The notes below the pieces were generated by a model, which had not been told where the DNA came from, ran no database searches, and saw only the letters and a list, made by a program, of their open reading frames with translations. Below are positions 24,066-38,324 of a stretch of DNA of 64,000 nucleotides, piece after piece; position 1 is the stretch's first letter; every line of letters begins with the position of its first letter. Where the stretch lies: positions 93,000,001-93,064,000 of the forward strand of contig OX597818.1 of the NCBI GenBank assembly GCA_951406725.2. Reading direction: 5' to 3'. This stretch comes from Octopus vulgaris (taxonomy: Eukaryota). Made by a program: the position numbers and the translations under genes.

Positions 24066-26567
24066 TGGTCCAAATATTCTACTTATTTTATGTTCAAACT
24101 GGCCAGATCTGGCTTCTCACACCTACCCAACAATGGTATCCTAAAGATAAACAAGCACAACATCGAAATCTCAAAGTTATGGGACAGTGCATGATTAATT
24201 GAAAGCAATGTGAATAAAGAAGCATTACATTTGACAGAATAATCTGGATGAGAAGAATTTTAAAAAGTGTGAAATTGTGCTTGTCACAGCCTGAAAGGCA
24301 GACAACAGGTTGCATGTTAATTTAGTGTATGTTAATTCTCAACAATAAAAACAATCGTTTCATCATCAGCCAGCCAAACCCTGCCCCACCCCAAAGCACT
24401 AAAATAGATGGTGGGGACAAAGCAGTAATCCAAACAATAACAACAAATGTTTTCTGAGATTTGGGCAATTTGCAACAATTTTCACAGAAGAGAAGCAAAA
24501 TCAATTGATTTGAACACCAACATATTAGGTACTTATTGAGATGCTTAAACAGGTAAAAAGACAAAATTGACACAAGTGAGATTCAAACACAGAACTGAAG
24601 GAAGAAACACCAATGCAACTGTAAACAAAGGGTTAAAATGTTTCTGATAGAAAATAAAGTTATCACTAGTACTAGAGATTGAAACTGCTATCTATGGAAC
24701 TATGAGTGTGAATGAAATTAAGCTAATCCTTTAAGTTGGAGCCCAGGGAAGTCAGTTTTCTTAAGAATCAATTAAGTGAAAGACAATCTCGCTTTGGTTA
24801 TTGACGGTAACTATAAGAGAATACAAGTTAGCATCTATTGGTGATTGGAGAATCAAGGGCAAGCAGGAATAAGTTTACTGAGATACAAAATAAAGAAAAG
24901 AAAGAAATTAAACAGCTTGGCCCTAGGATAGAAAGTACTTGACTACAACTATCAAAATATTACATTAAGAGAAACTCTCTCTTGGATAAGAAGTCAGTTT
25001 ATCGATGTTAACACAACCAAATGACCTGGTATATATTCAAACCATCAGCAAAGTGAATTCAGGTTGGAATGAGATGATGAAAATAGCTGTCTGGATGCTG
25101 ACAATAGGGCATAACTAACTGGACATTCAGCTTGTTTTGCCAACATAACTTTTTAGCACTGGAGGCAAACAAGCATGCATGCACAGAGGGAGAGAGAGAC
25201 AATACAATTTATTAATTCAGTATGATTGACAAGTACTTTTCCTCTCTTTAAGCACAAAGGGAAATATGTTCTCACACATAAACAAGGAAAGAGGGAACAG
25301 GGAGAGGGAAAAGAGAAGGGAGGGAAATAACTAGAGAAATTAAAATGTCTGTCAAATAAGCATTGAGTCAGCTCTACCAAATAGCTGGTGCTGAAACAAG
25401 CCATGCTAAAAGTATCATACCCAAAACATCTCATACCCAACTGAGGCAATGTAGAATTAAGAGTAAGGTCAAGAGCTGTGCACTCAGAAACCACAATTCG
25501 TAAAAAGGAAAGAAAAAAAAAGAGTAAAGAAAAAATAAAAATGAAAAACAAAAGACATGGTTATGGCTGTAGTTCAGGTGTTTAATGGCTGTTGCAAATA
25601 GCAGTGATCATGAAACTATTAAATATAACTTCCTCAATCAAGAAAAACCAAGCACCAATATAGATTTAAATGCTGCGCAATACAGTTTAGTAGAGGTTGA
25701 AGAATTCGGGCAATTGGTCTCATTTATTCAGCAACACACTATCATTACAGATTTACAATCAACTAACCTTTTTCCTTCTTTTACCATGTATCATCACCAT
25801 CACCATCATCTATGTTGTGTGTGTGTGGGGGGGCTGTGAAACAACCAGTTGCATGACTTGGCAGCAGTAGCCTGTGCCATTCATTAAAAACACAACAAAC
25901 CTCTCTCTACCCCCAGCTGAGAAATATCATTAGGTTAGAAATGTAATTGCTCACTTCAACTAGAAACAGGAGACTAGAGTAAAATAGATTAATCTCCATC
26001 TCCCTTCCACCCTTAGAGAGAGAGGGAGAGAGAGAGAGTCCATGTGTGTGTTTTGGTGATGGCTCATCAGTAAAAAAAAAATAGCAATGGTGAGTAAATA
26101 ATTACTATGAAGTCCTGCCTAGCTGCCACTTGAGATTCTCTCTCAGTTTTGGTTCATATGGTGATTGTTATTGTTGTATACACCTATAGAGTATATATAC
26201 CTATAGAGTTTATCTAAAGAAATATTTCTATATTGTATTTCTTCTCTATCTAGCCAGCTAGTGGTAATGTGACAGAGAGGAAGGGGGTAGATGGAAAGAC
26301 AAAGAGGGAAGGAGGGAGAACTAAAGATAGAGAAACAAGAGGTAAATAACATCAGCCTAACATACTGACCAACATTACTAACCACATATTTATAACAATC
26401 AATCACTACTTCCACAAGTGTTTGGAAGTACAAAGAGAAAAGAACAAGTACTCAATATATGTAGGGTTCATTTATTTGAAGCTGGGACCTCAATCCATTT
26501 CTAGCCAAAGATTCCTCTGTTTTTATAACATTATTCAAAGGAAATGGTAGAAAATTACAAACATATA

Positions 26568-26730
26568 GGCACAGGCATGGCTGTGAGGTAAAGAAGCTTG
26601 TTTTGCAACTAAGTGGTTTTCGGTTCAATCACACTGTACAGTACCGTAGGCAGATATCTGCTACTGTGGCCCCAGAATGACCAGCGCTTTGTGGGTGGAT
26701 ATGGAAGATGAAGATGGAAAGACACTCATC

Positions 26731-26764
<34 letters not shown>

Positions 26765-26975
26765 TTATGTCTCCTACTGACATCACATGATAGTTGTAAA
26801 CGAACATCACTGTCAGACAAGCAGTGTCATCAGTTTCCAATATTCTATGAGAACATATCTGTTCATTGGGAAATATTACTTTACTTGGAAACAAGATGAG
26901 CAATGACTTCCAGTCATAGAAAATCCAACTCAAAGTGACTCATGCAAGCATAGAAAAGTGGATGTTAAATGATGA
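26568..26975 (+). mobile_element. SINE with a family A head and a family E-type (ATG)n tail
   Basis: GGCACAGGCATGGCTGTGAGGTAAAGAAGC...AAAAGTGGATGTTAAATGATGAT. Confidence 0.7.
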
Positions 26976-29430
26976 TTATATTGTTGAAACATCATTTTAC
27001 AACCAGATGCTCCTCGTCACAGCCCTCACCTGTCTTCCATGTAAAAGATATCTTATTCCATACATCTTTGAAGGCACAAAGTGAGCATAGTTGTTGATGA
27101 CAAAAGTGACATTATCATCATTCATAGCAAGTCACATAGCACAAATATAAACACACAGAAAATGAGCCCCATCTTTTCTGTCCATCATATTTACTCACAA
27201 GGTTTTGGTCAGCATGAATTTAGGTCAAATGCTGGGATTTCATTAGTTAAAATTCGAAGAATTAAACTACGTAAAAGTTACAAAATACAAATTTCTCAAA
27301 AAAACTAGTTAAAATTAATGTTTTCTTTTGACACATTCTACCAGTATACGAAGTTTCAAATTATTTAGTTAAGTACAAATTCTGTCCATCTTTTAGAAAA
27401 GATCCAACAAGATTCTTATGTAAACCTTGATTATCAATCAGCTACATATTTTGGTAGCTGATAGATAAAAGAAAAAGAAAACCATCAACCTGTCATACCA
27501 GGACAAACCACAAACTCATACTGGATCTATAGGTACTAAAGGAGAAAAAGAAAAAGTTCATTTAGTTACGTCTTACATGGTTAACCAGTTGGTAAATGGC
27601 TGTGACAATATGCCACACACAAAACATCTAAAGATGATGTACCTATAGTAAACCTGTAATAGTTACAACTACAATTCCAGTCCTCCACATTATTCCAGGT
27701 CTATAATTTTTTTAAGGTAATTTGTAATCTCCTGGAATAATATTAAACCAAACACAGTTAAAGGCTGATCCCATAACCCCATACAAATGAGAAGCTATGT
27801 AGATAGATTTAGATTGTCTTAGTCATTCACTCAAACTAGTGGTCAGTTAGCTTTGTATTTACAAACATCTTAACTATATGAACAAATCCAATATTTTTAA
27901 AGTCTATTAAGGTATGTAACAAACTGATACCCATTGAGACCAGAGGGGAGACACAGACAGACTGGCAGGTAAGAAGACAAAGAATCTTATGTCAGATATC
28001 AGTTGAATGTGACTCAAAATAGAGACATCTGTGTAAATGAAACAGAGAGGAAATAGATTTTATAGAAGACAAACAGTAGAGGAGAAAAGAAATAGTGGAG
28101 GAAGGAGGTGCTGATAAAGATGGGAAAAGATGAGTAAATGTAGAGCAGGGAAATAACATAGCACAAACTGTCTACATTTAAATATTTAATAATGAAGTAT
28201 TTAATTTGGTAACAAGGATAGCTAAAAATACATTTTAAACGAGCTAAAACAATTTAGCAGTGACTTTGAAGACAGGCACATCATTTAGACATTAGCTGTA
28301 AATACAGCAGCGATATCAGTCATAAAAACCATCAGATAAAATAATTCAGACACCAAAATAAGACAGAACCAAGGCCAAAATATCCAGTAATATACTAAAC
28401 ATTGATAAAAATACACACAGAAAAGTGCAGACATCATTATCATCATCATCATCATAAACAACAACTTAAATATTGCCTAAAATACATGATAAACTGCTTC
28501 ATTTTAGATTAAAACAGTTTAGAAACTCTAAACACTGAAGACAGGATCCAGAGTGAAATATTTTGAAAATATTTGGTTGTTAAAGAAGAAATACAGCAAT
28601 AAGTTGGTAGCGTGCAATTTTTGAATTATAGGAAATATTATGATGAGGCAAAGTGACTGAGCTAAGTAGATTGGGGGAACATGAAATAGAGTGACTTAGG
28701 GAGACGACATGCTGCCTGGTCCAGGAATTGAATCCATGGCACTATGATGTACTCTTTTCACTATTACCCTCTCGCAACTATTAACCTGTTCCTCTCTTTA
28801 TACTATACTCTCTCTTATCACCCTACTGTGAGAATCATTACATCATCTCATCTATTCTCCCTTAGTTATAGGGACTCTTTTGGGCCTTAAGTCTTGTAAA
28901 TTGCGAGTTGGTGCCACGAAAAAAACCTCCCAGTACATGCTGTAAAGTATTTGGTGTGGGGAAGGGCATTTAGCCATAGAAATGATGCTAGAAAATAAGT
29001 GACAAGGTGTCTATGTCTGCTCACAACCACTGTCACCAAAAAAAAAAACATGGTACAAGTTCATAATTGCAAATGATGGCTAAATTTTGTGTCAATGTTA
29101 GAAAAAGATATCAGAACTCACTAATGAAGTCATAATACTGGATTACAACTTATCCAACTGATCCTCTTAAAAAACTAGAATAATAGTTCTTTCCATTCCA
29201 AGTTTAAATCCTACCAAAATCAACTTTACTTTTCATCCTCCTAAATAAAGTACCAGTTAAATATGGAGTCAAATAAAATAAGTATTAGTCAAGTCCTGGT
29301 GTTGATTTGACCTACTTCCCCTAAAATTGTTGGCCTTGGGTCTAAGTTAGAAACAAACATTAGCATCATTAGTATCATCAGTAGCAGTGCCAGCAGCAGT
29401 AATGAACACTGTAAATTCACATGTGGCAAA

Positions 29431-29616
29431 TAACACATTTGATGGCATAAAAGATGAACAGGTGTATTAGATACAGCACAAATTCAGAAAGAAAACATTA
29501 GCGCATTATAGATTATGGGATGCCCAACTTCACATATAGGACCCAGAGTGATTTTTTTTTAGGCTTTTTTTTTTTTTTTATGAATTAGTGCAGCTTATAT
29601 GCCATCAAATATGGTA
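29431..29616. mobile_element. Small TIR element, pogo/Tc2-like MITE
   Basis: ATTTGATGGCATA (29437-29449) is inverted as TATGCCATCAAAT (29598-29610), and the element ends ATGGTA. Confidence 0.5.
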
Positions 29617-30856
29617 CCTAACAATTCTTTCAACAATAGGTACAGGGCCTGAAATTTTGTGGAAGTGGGTAGTCAATTACATCAATCCCATTACTAGACA
29701 GGAAGTTATTTTATCAACCCTGAAAGAATGAAGGGCAATCTTGAGCTTGGAGGGATTTGAACTCAGAACAAAGTCTGAAGAAATGTTGCTTAGCATTTTG
29801 TCCAACATGCTAACAGCCTTTATGGTATCTAACAAAACATCTAATTTTGGCAAGCTTTATAAAATACCAACAATAGAATTTTCCTTTTCCAGTTCAGTTT
29901 GCTTTTACTAAAATGAGATGAACACCACAACTTCACAATTATAAACCTCAGCTCTGAGTTCAAAATTAAGCAGTGTATACATGCGTGCTTGCACACTGAC
30001 AGATGTAAAAGTTGGCCGCAAAAAGAAATGGCAGACAGTAGATTTCCTGCCAGCACTGCAAGTGAAGACCATCTATCAAATAAGACCACACAGCAGAATA
30101 CACTAACAAAAATAAATAATTAAATAAATAAAATACACAACAAACATGAAATTTGGGCAATTAAAGATGAAAGAATTTAATGTAAAATCCAGATGCAAAA
30201 TATTTTTTTTATATATATTTTGACTGTATTAAACAACATTGGATAGACGTAATATGAGTCACTCTCTTAAGTGTGAGACTTTATCAGACCCAGTTGTTGT
30301 TATATTGTGTGCAAAGGGAGATTAAATTATTCCGAGTAAGACACTCTTCACACATTAAACCCATTCCTCATTCCCTTCTACTTTTATGTCCACAACATTT
30401 GGCAGAAAGGCTCCATATATTAATGAGAAGTTGTAAAGTTCATTTTCTTATCAAAGGTATTAGTGATATGAAAGCATAACAAAATTACCTGGGATTACAA
30501 GGGATTCATCATCATCATTTAACATTCATTTTCTATACAAGCATGGGTTGTTGAACAGTTCGACAGAAGCCAGTAAGCCAGAGGACTGCACCAAGCTCCA
30601 TTGTTTTGGCATGGTATATAAATATTCCTCTGTGAAAATTCACATCTAACTCGATACCAACCATGTCTTGAAGTGACCTTGATTCTATAATATCATTTAA
30701 CGTCCGTTTTCCATATTAGCATGGGTTGAACAGTTTGACAGGAGCTGGTAAAGCCAGAGATCGCACCAGGCTCCATTGTCTATTCTGACTTGGCTTTTAT
30801 AGCTGGATGCCCTTTCTAACACCAACCACTCTATAGAGTGCACTGGGTGCTTTTAA

Positions 30857-31168
30857 TGCCTTTTTTTTTTCGCCCTTTTGAAGCCTAGCCAGGCTCATGG
30901 GCCCAGTTTCCCGGTTTCTATGGCGTATGTGTTCCCCCCAGCTGGACGGGACGCCAGTCCATCGCAGTATTACTCAAGAAACAGGAAGAAAGAGAGAAAT
31001 TTGGAGCAAAAGAATACAACAGGGGTCACCACCACACCCTGCCGGAGCCTCGTGGAGCCTTAGGTGTTTTCGCTCAATAAACACACACAACACCCGATCT
31101 GGGAATCAAAACTGCGATCCTCCAACCGTGAGTCTGCTGCCCTAGCCACTGGGCCATTGCACCTCCAC
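30857..31168 (-). mobile_element. SINE family D nested in a family E repeat
   Basis: Homologous to 23759-24065. Poly-T tail on the plus strand; flanked by GC(T/C)TTTAATG. Confidence 0.85.
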
Positions 31169-33060
31169 GCCTTTAATGTGGCACCAGCATAAATTTGTTT
31201 TAAAGTGATCTTTAAAAGCCCTCCATTAAAAAAAATATCATCATGTTAACTTGTTCCAAATGAAAGCAATTCTGAGGGGAGAAGATGAGTTAATATGATC
31301 AACACTAGTACCTGACTGGCATTTTATTCCATCAACCCCAGTGGGATGAAAGGCAAAGTTGACTCTGGCAGGAATTGAATTCAGAAAGTAAGAAGTTAGA
31401 AACAACACCAAAAGGCATTGTGTCCAACACTAATGATTCTACCAGCTTGCTGCCCAGCCAGCTTGTCACCTTAATAATGAGAGTAATTCTGATAAATTCT
31501 GCATTATTTATGAAATTCATTAAAACAACTGCAGTGAATTTCAAGAGAAATATAACAAGAGGGTTAACATACATAAACAAATAGTCTTCAGATATATCTA
31601 ACTATGCAGCAAAAATCATACTATTTGCTAGCTATCAGCTCAATTTTTTTCTTTTAGCATGTAAAGAAGAAAAACACAATCCAGTATCCATGTTACTAAA
31701 CTTACAGTTTTCTCAGCAGGTGGCTTCTAAAAACGTCTAGCTTCTAAAGTAAATATTATGATTTGAATGAAACACTAAGTTTCTCAGATATTTATTTTGT
31801 AAACATTCAATATATATCCACGTAGAGAAATAAGTAGATTTATATGGCTTCAAGTGGTCATTGAAACAGCACTTGTAAGCAAATGATAAAATGTAAGAAA
31901 ATGGTGTTCTTTTGACTAGGCATAAATGGACAGATGTTACATAGATGGGTAAAATCATGTTACAGTCATGTTTTCACAGTTTAATTTCATGTCTGGTGAC
32001 AGCAAATTAATCTAGATTAGATACTGCCACACCAAATTGACTCATACCAAGATCAAGTCACATACTATGGCCCTCACCCACTATAGTAGTTTCCTGCAAA
32101 ACAGGACCTCACATCTGAGGGAAATAGGATCTTGTGACATTCATGCTTTTTCTCAGTGGTGAGACCAGCAAAAAGAAAAGTGAAATGGCTTTAATAAGGA
32201 GATCTGACCAAGTGCTTAAAAGCCAACTTTCACTAGCCGCACCACCACCACCAATAACTACACTGATATTCAAGAAGTGCCCCAGAGAAGTAGAGAGAGA
32301 GAGGGGGAGGGAGAAAGAGAAATGTAGACTCATCATTTCAACAACTAAGTGGTTGTCATGAGATACCATTAAACATAAATAACTGGGGAGCAGGTTTGTG
32401 TAAACAGTTATTGAACAAATCAAAACAAAGCAAAATACATTGATGCAAGTGAAAGAATTCATTCCCTGTCCCTCTCCAAGCCAGGAGACAACTCCACCAT
32501 ACAAATTTTCCTGTTGAGCAACATTTTAATCCCCATGTCCCATAACACACACACCAAACATAACCACACAGTATGCCAATACTACAATACAGACTCTACA
32601 GCTGTCACCATGATCCAAACAGAATGCCTCTACACACCAAGAACACTAGAAATAGTAGCTAAATTTCCTTCAAATTTCACCCTGCCAGCTTCTAAAAATA
32701 AATAAATAAAATAGAAGACAGGATGATCATAGCTATGGAACCTAATGCACAAAAGCTTTAATTTATTATTTTATGGTGCCACCATCCCTAACTCCTATTT
32801 GTAATTAGACTAATCATATATTTCTTGTAGTAATTGAAAGTACACATCATACATCGCTAATGTGAATCAGCAACAGGCTACTTTTTAGCACCATTAATCT
32901 AACATTTGTGTTAAAAGGCTATAGCTTTGTCGTCACTGCTTTACTAATTGCTATAGAAGTTACAAACATGTAAGCAAAAACAAAAAAAAAATTAATGAAA
33001 AAAGAGGTTGTTTATATTGAAAGGGTGTAAAGTAAAAGGATATAAAAAAAAAAATGAACA

Positions 33061-33417
33061 GGCATGGCTGTGTGGTAAGAAGTTTACTTCCCAACCACAT
33101 GGTTCCAGCTTCGGTCCCTCTGCATGGCACCTTGGACAAGTGTCTTCTACTATAGCCTTGGTCTGAGCAAAAACCTTGTGGGTGGATTTGGAAGACAGAA
33201 ACTGAAAGTGTGTGTGCTTCATCCCCACCACTGCTTGACAACCGGTGCTGGTGTGTTTACATACTCATAACTTAGCAATTCGGCAAAAGAAACCAATACA
33301 ATAATTACCAGGCTTCAAAAAAGAAAATAAGTACTGGGGTCAATTCATTTGATTAAAAATTAGTTAAGGTGGTGCCACAGCATGGTCACAGTCTAATGAC
33401 TGAAACAAGTAAAAGCT
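33061..33417 (+). mobile_element. SINE family A
   Basis: Head GGCATGGCTGTGTGGTAAG through the tail. Confidence 0.85.
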
Positions 33418-33420
33418 TAA

Positions 33421-33651
33421 GGCGGCAAACTGGCAGAAACGTTAGCACACCGGACAAAATGCTTAGCAGTATTTCATCTGCCGTTACATTCTGAGTTCAA
33501 ATTCCGCTGAGGTCGACTTTGCCTTTCATCCTTTCGGGGTCGATAAATTAAGTACCAGTTATGCACTGGGGTCAATGTAATCGACTTAATCCCTTTGACT
33601 GTCCTTGTTTGACCCCTCTATGTTTAGCCCTTTGTGGGCAATAAAGAAATA
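33421..33651 (+). mobile_element. Young SINE family B inserted in the tail of a family A SINE
   Basis: 17-bp TSD TGAAACAAGTAAAAGCT at 33401-33417 and 33652-33668. Head GGCGGCAAACTGGCAGAAACGTTAGC, B-box GAGTTCAAATTCC. Confidence 0.92.
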
Positions 33652-34829
33652 TGAAACAAGTAAAAGCTAAAAGGAACATCTTTGTTTACCAACTCCAAAG
33701 TACTTCAAGGTTAAAACTAAAAGATTTAACACCTAAAGCAACTCAACACATGACTATTTTTAAAAGAAAATCTCAATTAGGCAAATAACCTTTCATTCAC
33801 AAGGCTAAAGCATTGTTTGACTATAAAAACTGAATGAAAGTAACGTGGAAAATTACACTAAATGAAATTACACTGTAAAGAAACTGGGAAGTTTATGCCA
33901 ATAAAATTTATTAAAGAAACCATGTGTTTTAAGAACCGGGGCTTAAAATACCCAGATCCCAAATTTACTAATTTGGAAAGAAATTTTAATCCAAATGAGT
34001 AAATTACAAATTTACTGATCCCCACCATCTGGCAATGAAGATTCAGTTGTTCAATCAACTAAATTGCCTGCTTTTGAATTGCTTCTACCAGATCTTCTTT
34101 AACAGAAGCCATCAAATCTGATTTGATTATTTTCAATGCAGAAATCAGTTTAACTAGTGTCTGTGAAACAAGATATTTTAATACACTGTAATATTACTTT
34201 CGGAATGAGATGAATGGGGGCAGCTTTCTGTATGCTGACAATTTGGCACAGGTGACCAGACATTCAGCCAATTTTGGTGACAATGCACTGGAGGCACACA
34301 CACACAGAAATATATACATACGGAGAGAACAAGAAAGAGAGACATTACAATTTATTAATTCAATGTGAACCCTCTCCTCAAACACATAAAGAGAAATACG
34401 CTTACATAATAAAGAGAGAGAAGGAGGAGTGAAGGAGGACTAGAGGAAGATCAAAACAAGTGAAACATCAAAATGAGAGGAACATAAAACAACTGATGTC
34501 AAATAAGTTGATGTTGAATCATCTACACCAAATAGGCAGCACCAAAACAGTTATGTCAAAATCTCTCAAACCCTATCACAATTTACATATAGAATAAGTA
34601 GATTTTTACTGATTCCAAACTCCCATAAGCCAATATTTACTTCAAATTTCAATTCCAAAGTTCTGCTCATAGCTATAATGATCATAGTCTTCACAATCAG
34701 GATTATCTGAGGCTAAACAACAACAGCAGCAACTACCATTCAACCACAGCACCAAACCAACAGCTCCGTCATGTCAACAAGGTTGTTCACCCTGCTAGAA
34801 CTAGTAACCAACTCTCTTTCAAATCACTT

Positions 34830-34832
<3 letters not shown>

Positions 34833-34863
<31 letters not shown>
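34833..34863. repeat. Poly(A) run of about 31 nt
   Basis: Read directly from the sequence. Confidence 0.9.
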
Positions 34864-34865
<2 letters not shown>

Positions 34866-36699
34866 TGCTTACTTAAAAATTTAAGCAGGATGATCATGAC
34901 AGGAATGTCTTTGACTATAAGTCTAATTTAGCAGTAAACAGCAACACCTACCACTACTACAACAGCCCATAATTCACTTATGCACAACAGCCTCAGTTCC
35001 TCTGAAACAATAAGACATATTTCATCTCCATCCTAGCCCATCCAACTCACCTATTTATTTTCATCTCCACCATGTCTCACCTCTCAGAGGCTTCTCTAAA
35101 AACTTTACCAAATCCATCTTCCTTAGAGTTGGAAAATCCTGGAATTCCCAGTCTGCCTATTTTTAGGCAGTAATCACAAGGGTGGTTGTATGATTAAGAA
35201 GCTTGCTTCCCAACCATGTAGCCCTAGGTTCAATTCTGGGTAAGTGTCTTGTGCCATAGTCACAAGCCTAGTGTACCTTTGTCAGTGGGTTTGATAGACA
35301 GAAACACAAAGAAGCCCATTGTGTGTGCACATGTGTTTTTTTGCATTGTATCCGTATCTCGACATCACCTGATAACTATAAACAAGCATCACCCTCATGC
35401 AAGCATTCATTTCCAGTCCGTTTCCAGTCTCCTTTGAAAATGGTCTGGTCTTGGGAAATATTGACATTGGATGGAACAAGTGAGGGTCAGCAACAGGAAT
35501 TCTATCAGACTGATGCAAGTGTGGAAAAGTAGACATTAAATTATGATATCAATACCCTACACAAATTCAAATTGAACTTCAATGACATCAGTCTTACCAG
35601 TTAGCAGAGGTATGCAAAGGTCAAAGGATCACACCTCTCCTTCCTCTGGCTTTAAGAAAAATAAAAACTGCCTATTTACCCGACAACCTGAGAACTGATC
35701 GACATGTCAGCTACAGACAGTGTACATTACTATTGTTTTCTTGGTTCCAGTACTTAAAGAGATCAGTAAGAAACGTGCTTGCACATGTTTCAAACTGTTT
35801 CAATCCTGTAAGATGTCTGAAGTGTGAAAAACTTGTGAATATAAGCACAAGCATTGCTGTGTAGAAAGAAGTTTGCTTCCAAACCATGTGGTCAGACAGA
35901 ATGCCAGGCTTGAAAAATTAAGTGCTGGGGTCAATTTGTTCAACTAAAGGTGGCGCCCCAGCAGAGCCATAGTCCAAGGTGGACCAATAAGGATGCTTAC
36001 ACAAAAATTTTCTTTTCCTCCTTCAAGTTCAATAGAGTCATTAAGTTTGGTCGTTAGCATAGACTCCTCTATGTCAAGATAGACAAATATACATCTAAAC
36101 AATATCTAATTGCTATATGAAGTATAAAAACAAATCTTGTTTCACCTGCGTAACAGATGTGTAACAAAGTTTCACTCTAAATAACATTTATACATTATTG
36201 TCTAAAATGTGTACAGTTTTTTATCAATACACAATTTTCAAATTTAAAATATGATCTGAAGTATCTGACAAATAATTTAAAATGTATATTTTAGAAATTA
36301 AATTTTATACTAATTTTCCTTGAGTATGGTTCAAGCATCATAGACAACATTCAAAAGCTCACTTCCTAATCAAAAGCCTTCTTAAGAATCTTCACTTTCT
36401 CTCCCATCAAATTTATTAACTGTACCTAGCCTTTCTTTCTTTTTTTCTCTCTCTCTCCCCAAAGTCAATTATTATATCTACCTGAGAAAATATGTGCTAT
36501 CACTCACTTGTAAAAAAAGATTTCAGCCAAATCTTCCTCACATACTACCTTACCAGCTTGAAAAATATTTAAACAAGGTCACAATTAAAATTCCAATCAT
36601 TTGACAGAAATATTTCTCTCAGAAACTATGAACTTCACCAGAGAACAGCATCTACAAGTCTGTACAAAGCAAACTCAAACAACTATAGAAATAAGAGTC

Positions 36700-37790
36700 T
36701 TACAAAGTCTATAAAGTATTTACACAACACAATTTACCTACACCAACAGCAGCATTTTCTGCCATCCACTCTTATAAAAATACTCGACACTACCTTAAGA
36801 AGCAACACAAATTGCTGACTAGCAAACTACTAGCTAGACCAACATAAGAACATTATTTCCAGAGCCTACAATTTCTTGATAAAAGCAGCATTAGGATCTC
36901 TCTCCTGGCCAACTCTTTTTGATCTATACTTCAATGATTTTTCCCATGCCACTGCAAAACATAAGAGAGTCTATGTTGATATCATATCCCCTCACCATTT
37001 TCTAGTCACAGTTGCATGGCTATTCCAACACTACATAAACCAATTAGAAACCTGGCTCTGCAAAAACAGATTTAACCCTTTGACATTCAGATTACTCTGC
37101 CAGATATAGTATCTTGTGCCATGGACACAGGCCTAGTAAACCTTTGTCAGTGGATTTGATAGACAGAAACCCTAAGAAGCCCATCGTGTGTATGCATGTG
37201 TACACATGTTTTCTTGCATTGTATCCATATCTCGGCATCACCTGATGACTATAAACAAGGTAGGCATAGGAAGCCAGATCTGGCCAGTTTGAACATAATA
37301 CAGGTAGAATGTCTGAGCTGGTTATGGCCAGTTTAAATGTTGAAGGGTTTTCAAACAGCACCTATCATGACACCCTGGTTCTCCCTAACCAGCAAAGAAT
37401 GTGAAATACTACCAATCATCACAACATAAACAACACACCCAAAAGTTCACAACACACACAAGGCTCAAAGAAGACAGGAAAACGAAATAGGGCACAAACA
37501 TTTGTGCAATCACAGGTAACACATTTAGACCACAGAAAGAAACCACAAATGTTGTGTACAAAGTAATACATTAGATCCATTGTGAACTACACTAGTCATA
37601 TCTGAAACCTCAATCTCTCCACAACAAACCACAATAAATTACAAAATACATGAAACAGTGCACTACACATACTACACAGATCATTCCTATAGGCCACTTG
37701 AACATGGTACCCAGTTTGTTGCTGTAGCAAGCTACAACTCCACTTCCTCCATACCTGCCACTATATATATCAACTCACACCCATACATAT
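36700..37790 (+). mobile_element. Highly decayed LINE reverse-transcriptase remnant, interrupted by a MITE
   Basis: ORF 36876-37109 contains GSLSWPTLFDLYFND...YVDI...QHYINQLETWLCKNR, a degenerate QGS.LSP.LF.LY..D / YADD region. Downstream QKET...IRS...KLQ...NSAL-like motifs lie at about 37530-37670. Confidence 0.6.
37072..37349. mobile_element. TTAA-MITE family 2 whose interior is replaced by a copy of 35247-35386
   Basis: TTAACCCTTTGACATTCAGATTAC...TTTAAATGTTGAAGGGTT ends. The interior 37112-37259 matches 35247-35386. Confidence 0.75.
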
Positions 37791-38190
37791 ACACCTTCTC
37801 CTCAACTTACAACCCCAGGTTCCATTGACTGACTGACAGGTCGTTTGTTGACCTGGTTATATGTCAGATTTATATTTTTCAACACTATTTTCATTCAAAT
37901 GGGTTATAAAAATATAAAACGCAAAAATTTAATTCATAATTATTGTACATAATGTGAAAAATATGATATGTACTCTACTGTACTGTAAACAAAAATACAA
38001 TCTAAAATGAATGCAAAAATTAATACAAATGAAATTCTGCATACATACAATAAAAAAAATTGTTCCTGAGAAAAAGTGAAATTGAAAATAAATTTTTGAT
38101 CTTCAGTCATCCTCATGGGTTGAGGTAGATGGTTTTTCGAGGAACATGGTGAGCTTTGCTTGAATAGCATGTTTCTCTCTCTCTCTCTCT

Positions 38191-38324
38191 CTTTTCACTG
38201 GGTAACCATGTACCTCCTCTATAGCAAGACACCTATTTCTGCCTTACACTCAATGGAAAATTAGAGTGTAAGGCAGAAATAGGTGTCTTGCTATAGAGGA
38301 GGTACATGGTTACCCAGTGAAAAG
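38191..38324. repeat. Perfect 61-bp inverted repeat with a 12-nt loop
   Basis: 38191-38251 is the exact reverse complement of 38264-38324; the loop is AATGGAAAATTA. The stem extends imperfectly through the flanking CT and AG tracts. Confidence 0.95.

Noticed and set aside
27576-27626. Minus-strand ATG-to-GTAAG phase-0 mini-ORF MFCVWHIVTAIYQLVNH
   Set aside because: The phase is compatible with the PH exon but it lacks any PH beta-1 motif. Expected by chance and unsupported without RNA data.
34060-34160. Minus-strand acceptor followed by TLVKLISALKIIKSDLMASVKEDLVEAIQKQAI*
   Set aside because: It runs into a repeat fragment also present at about 41175-41235, has no donor and shows no recognisable homology.
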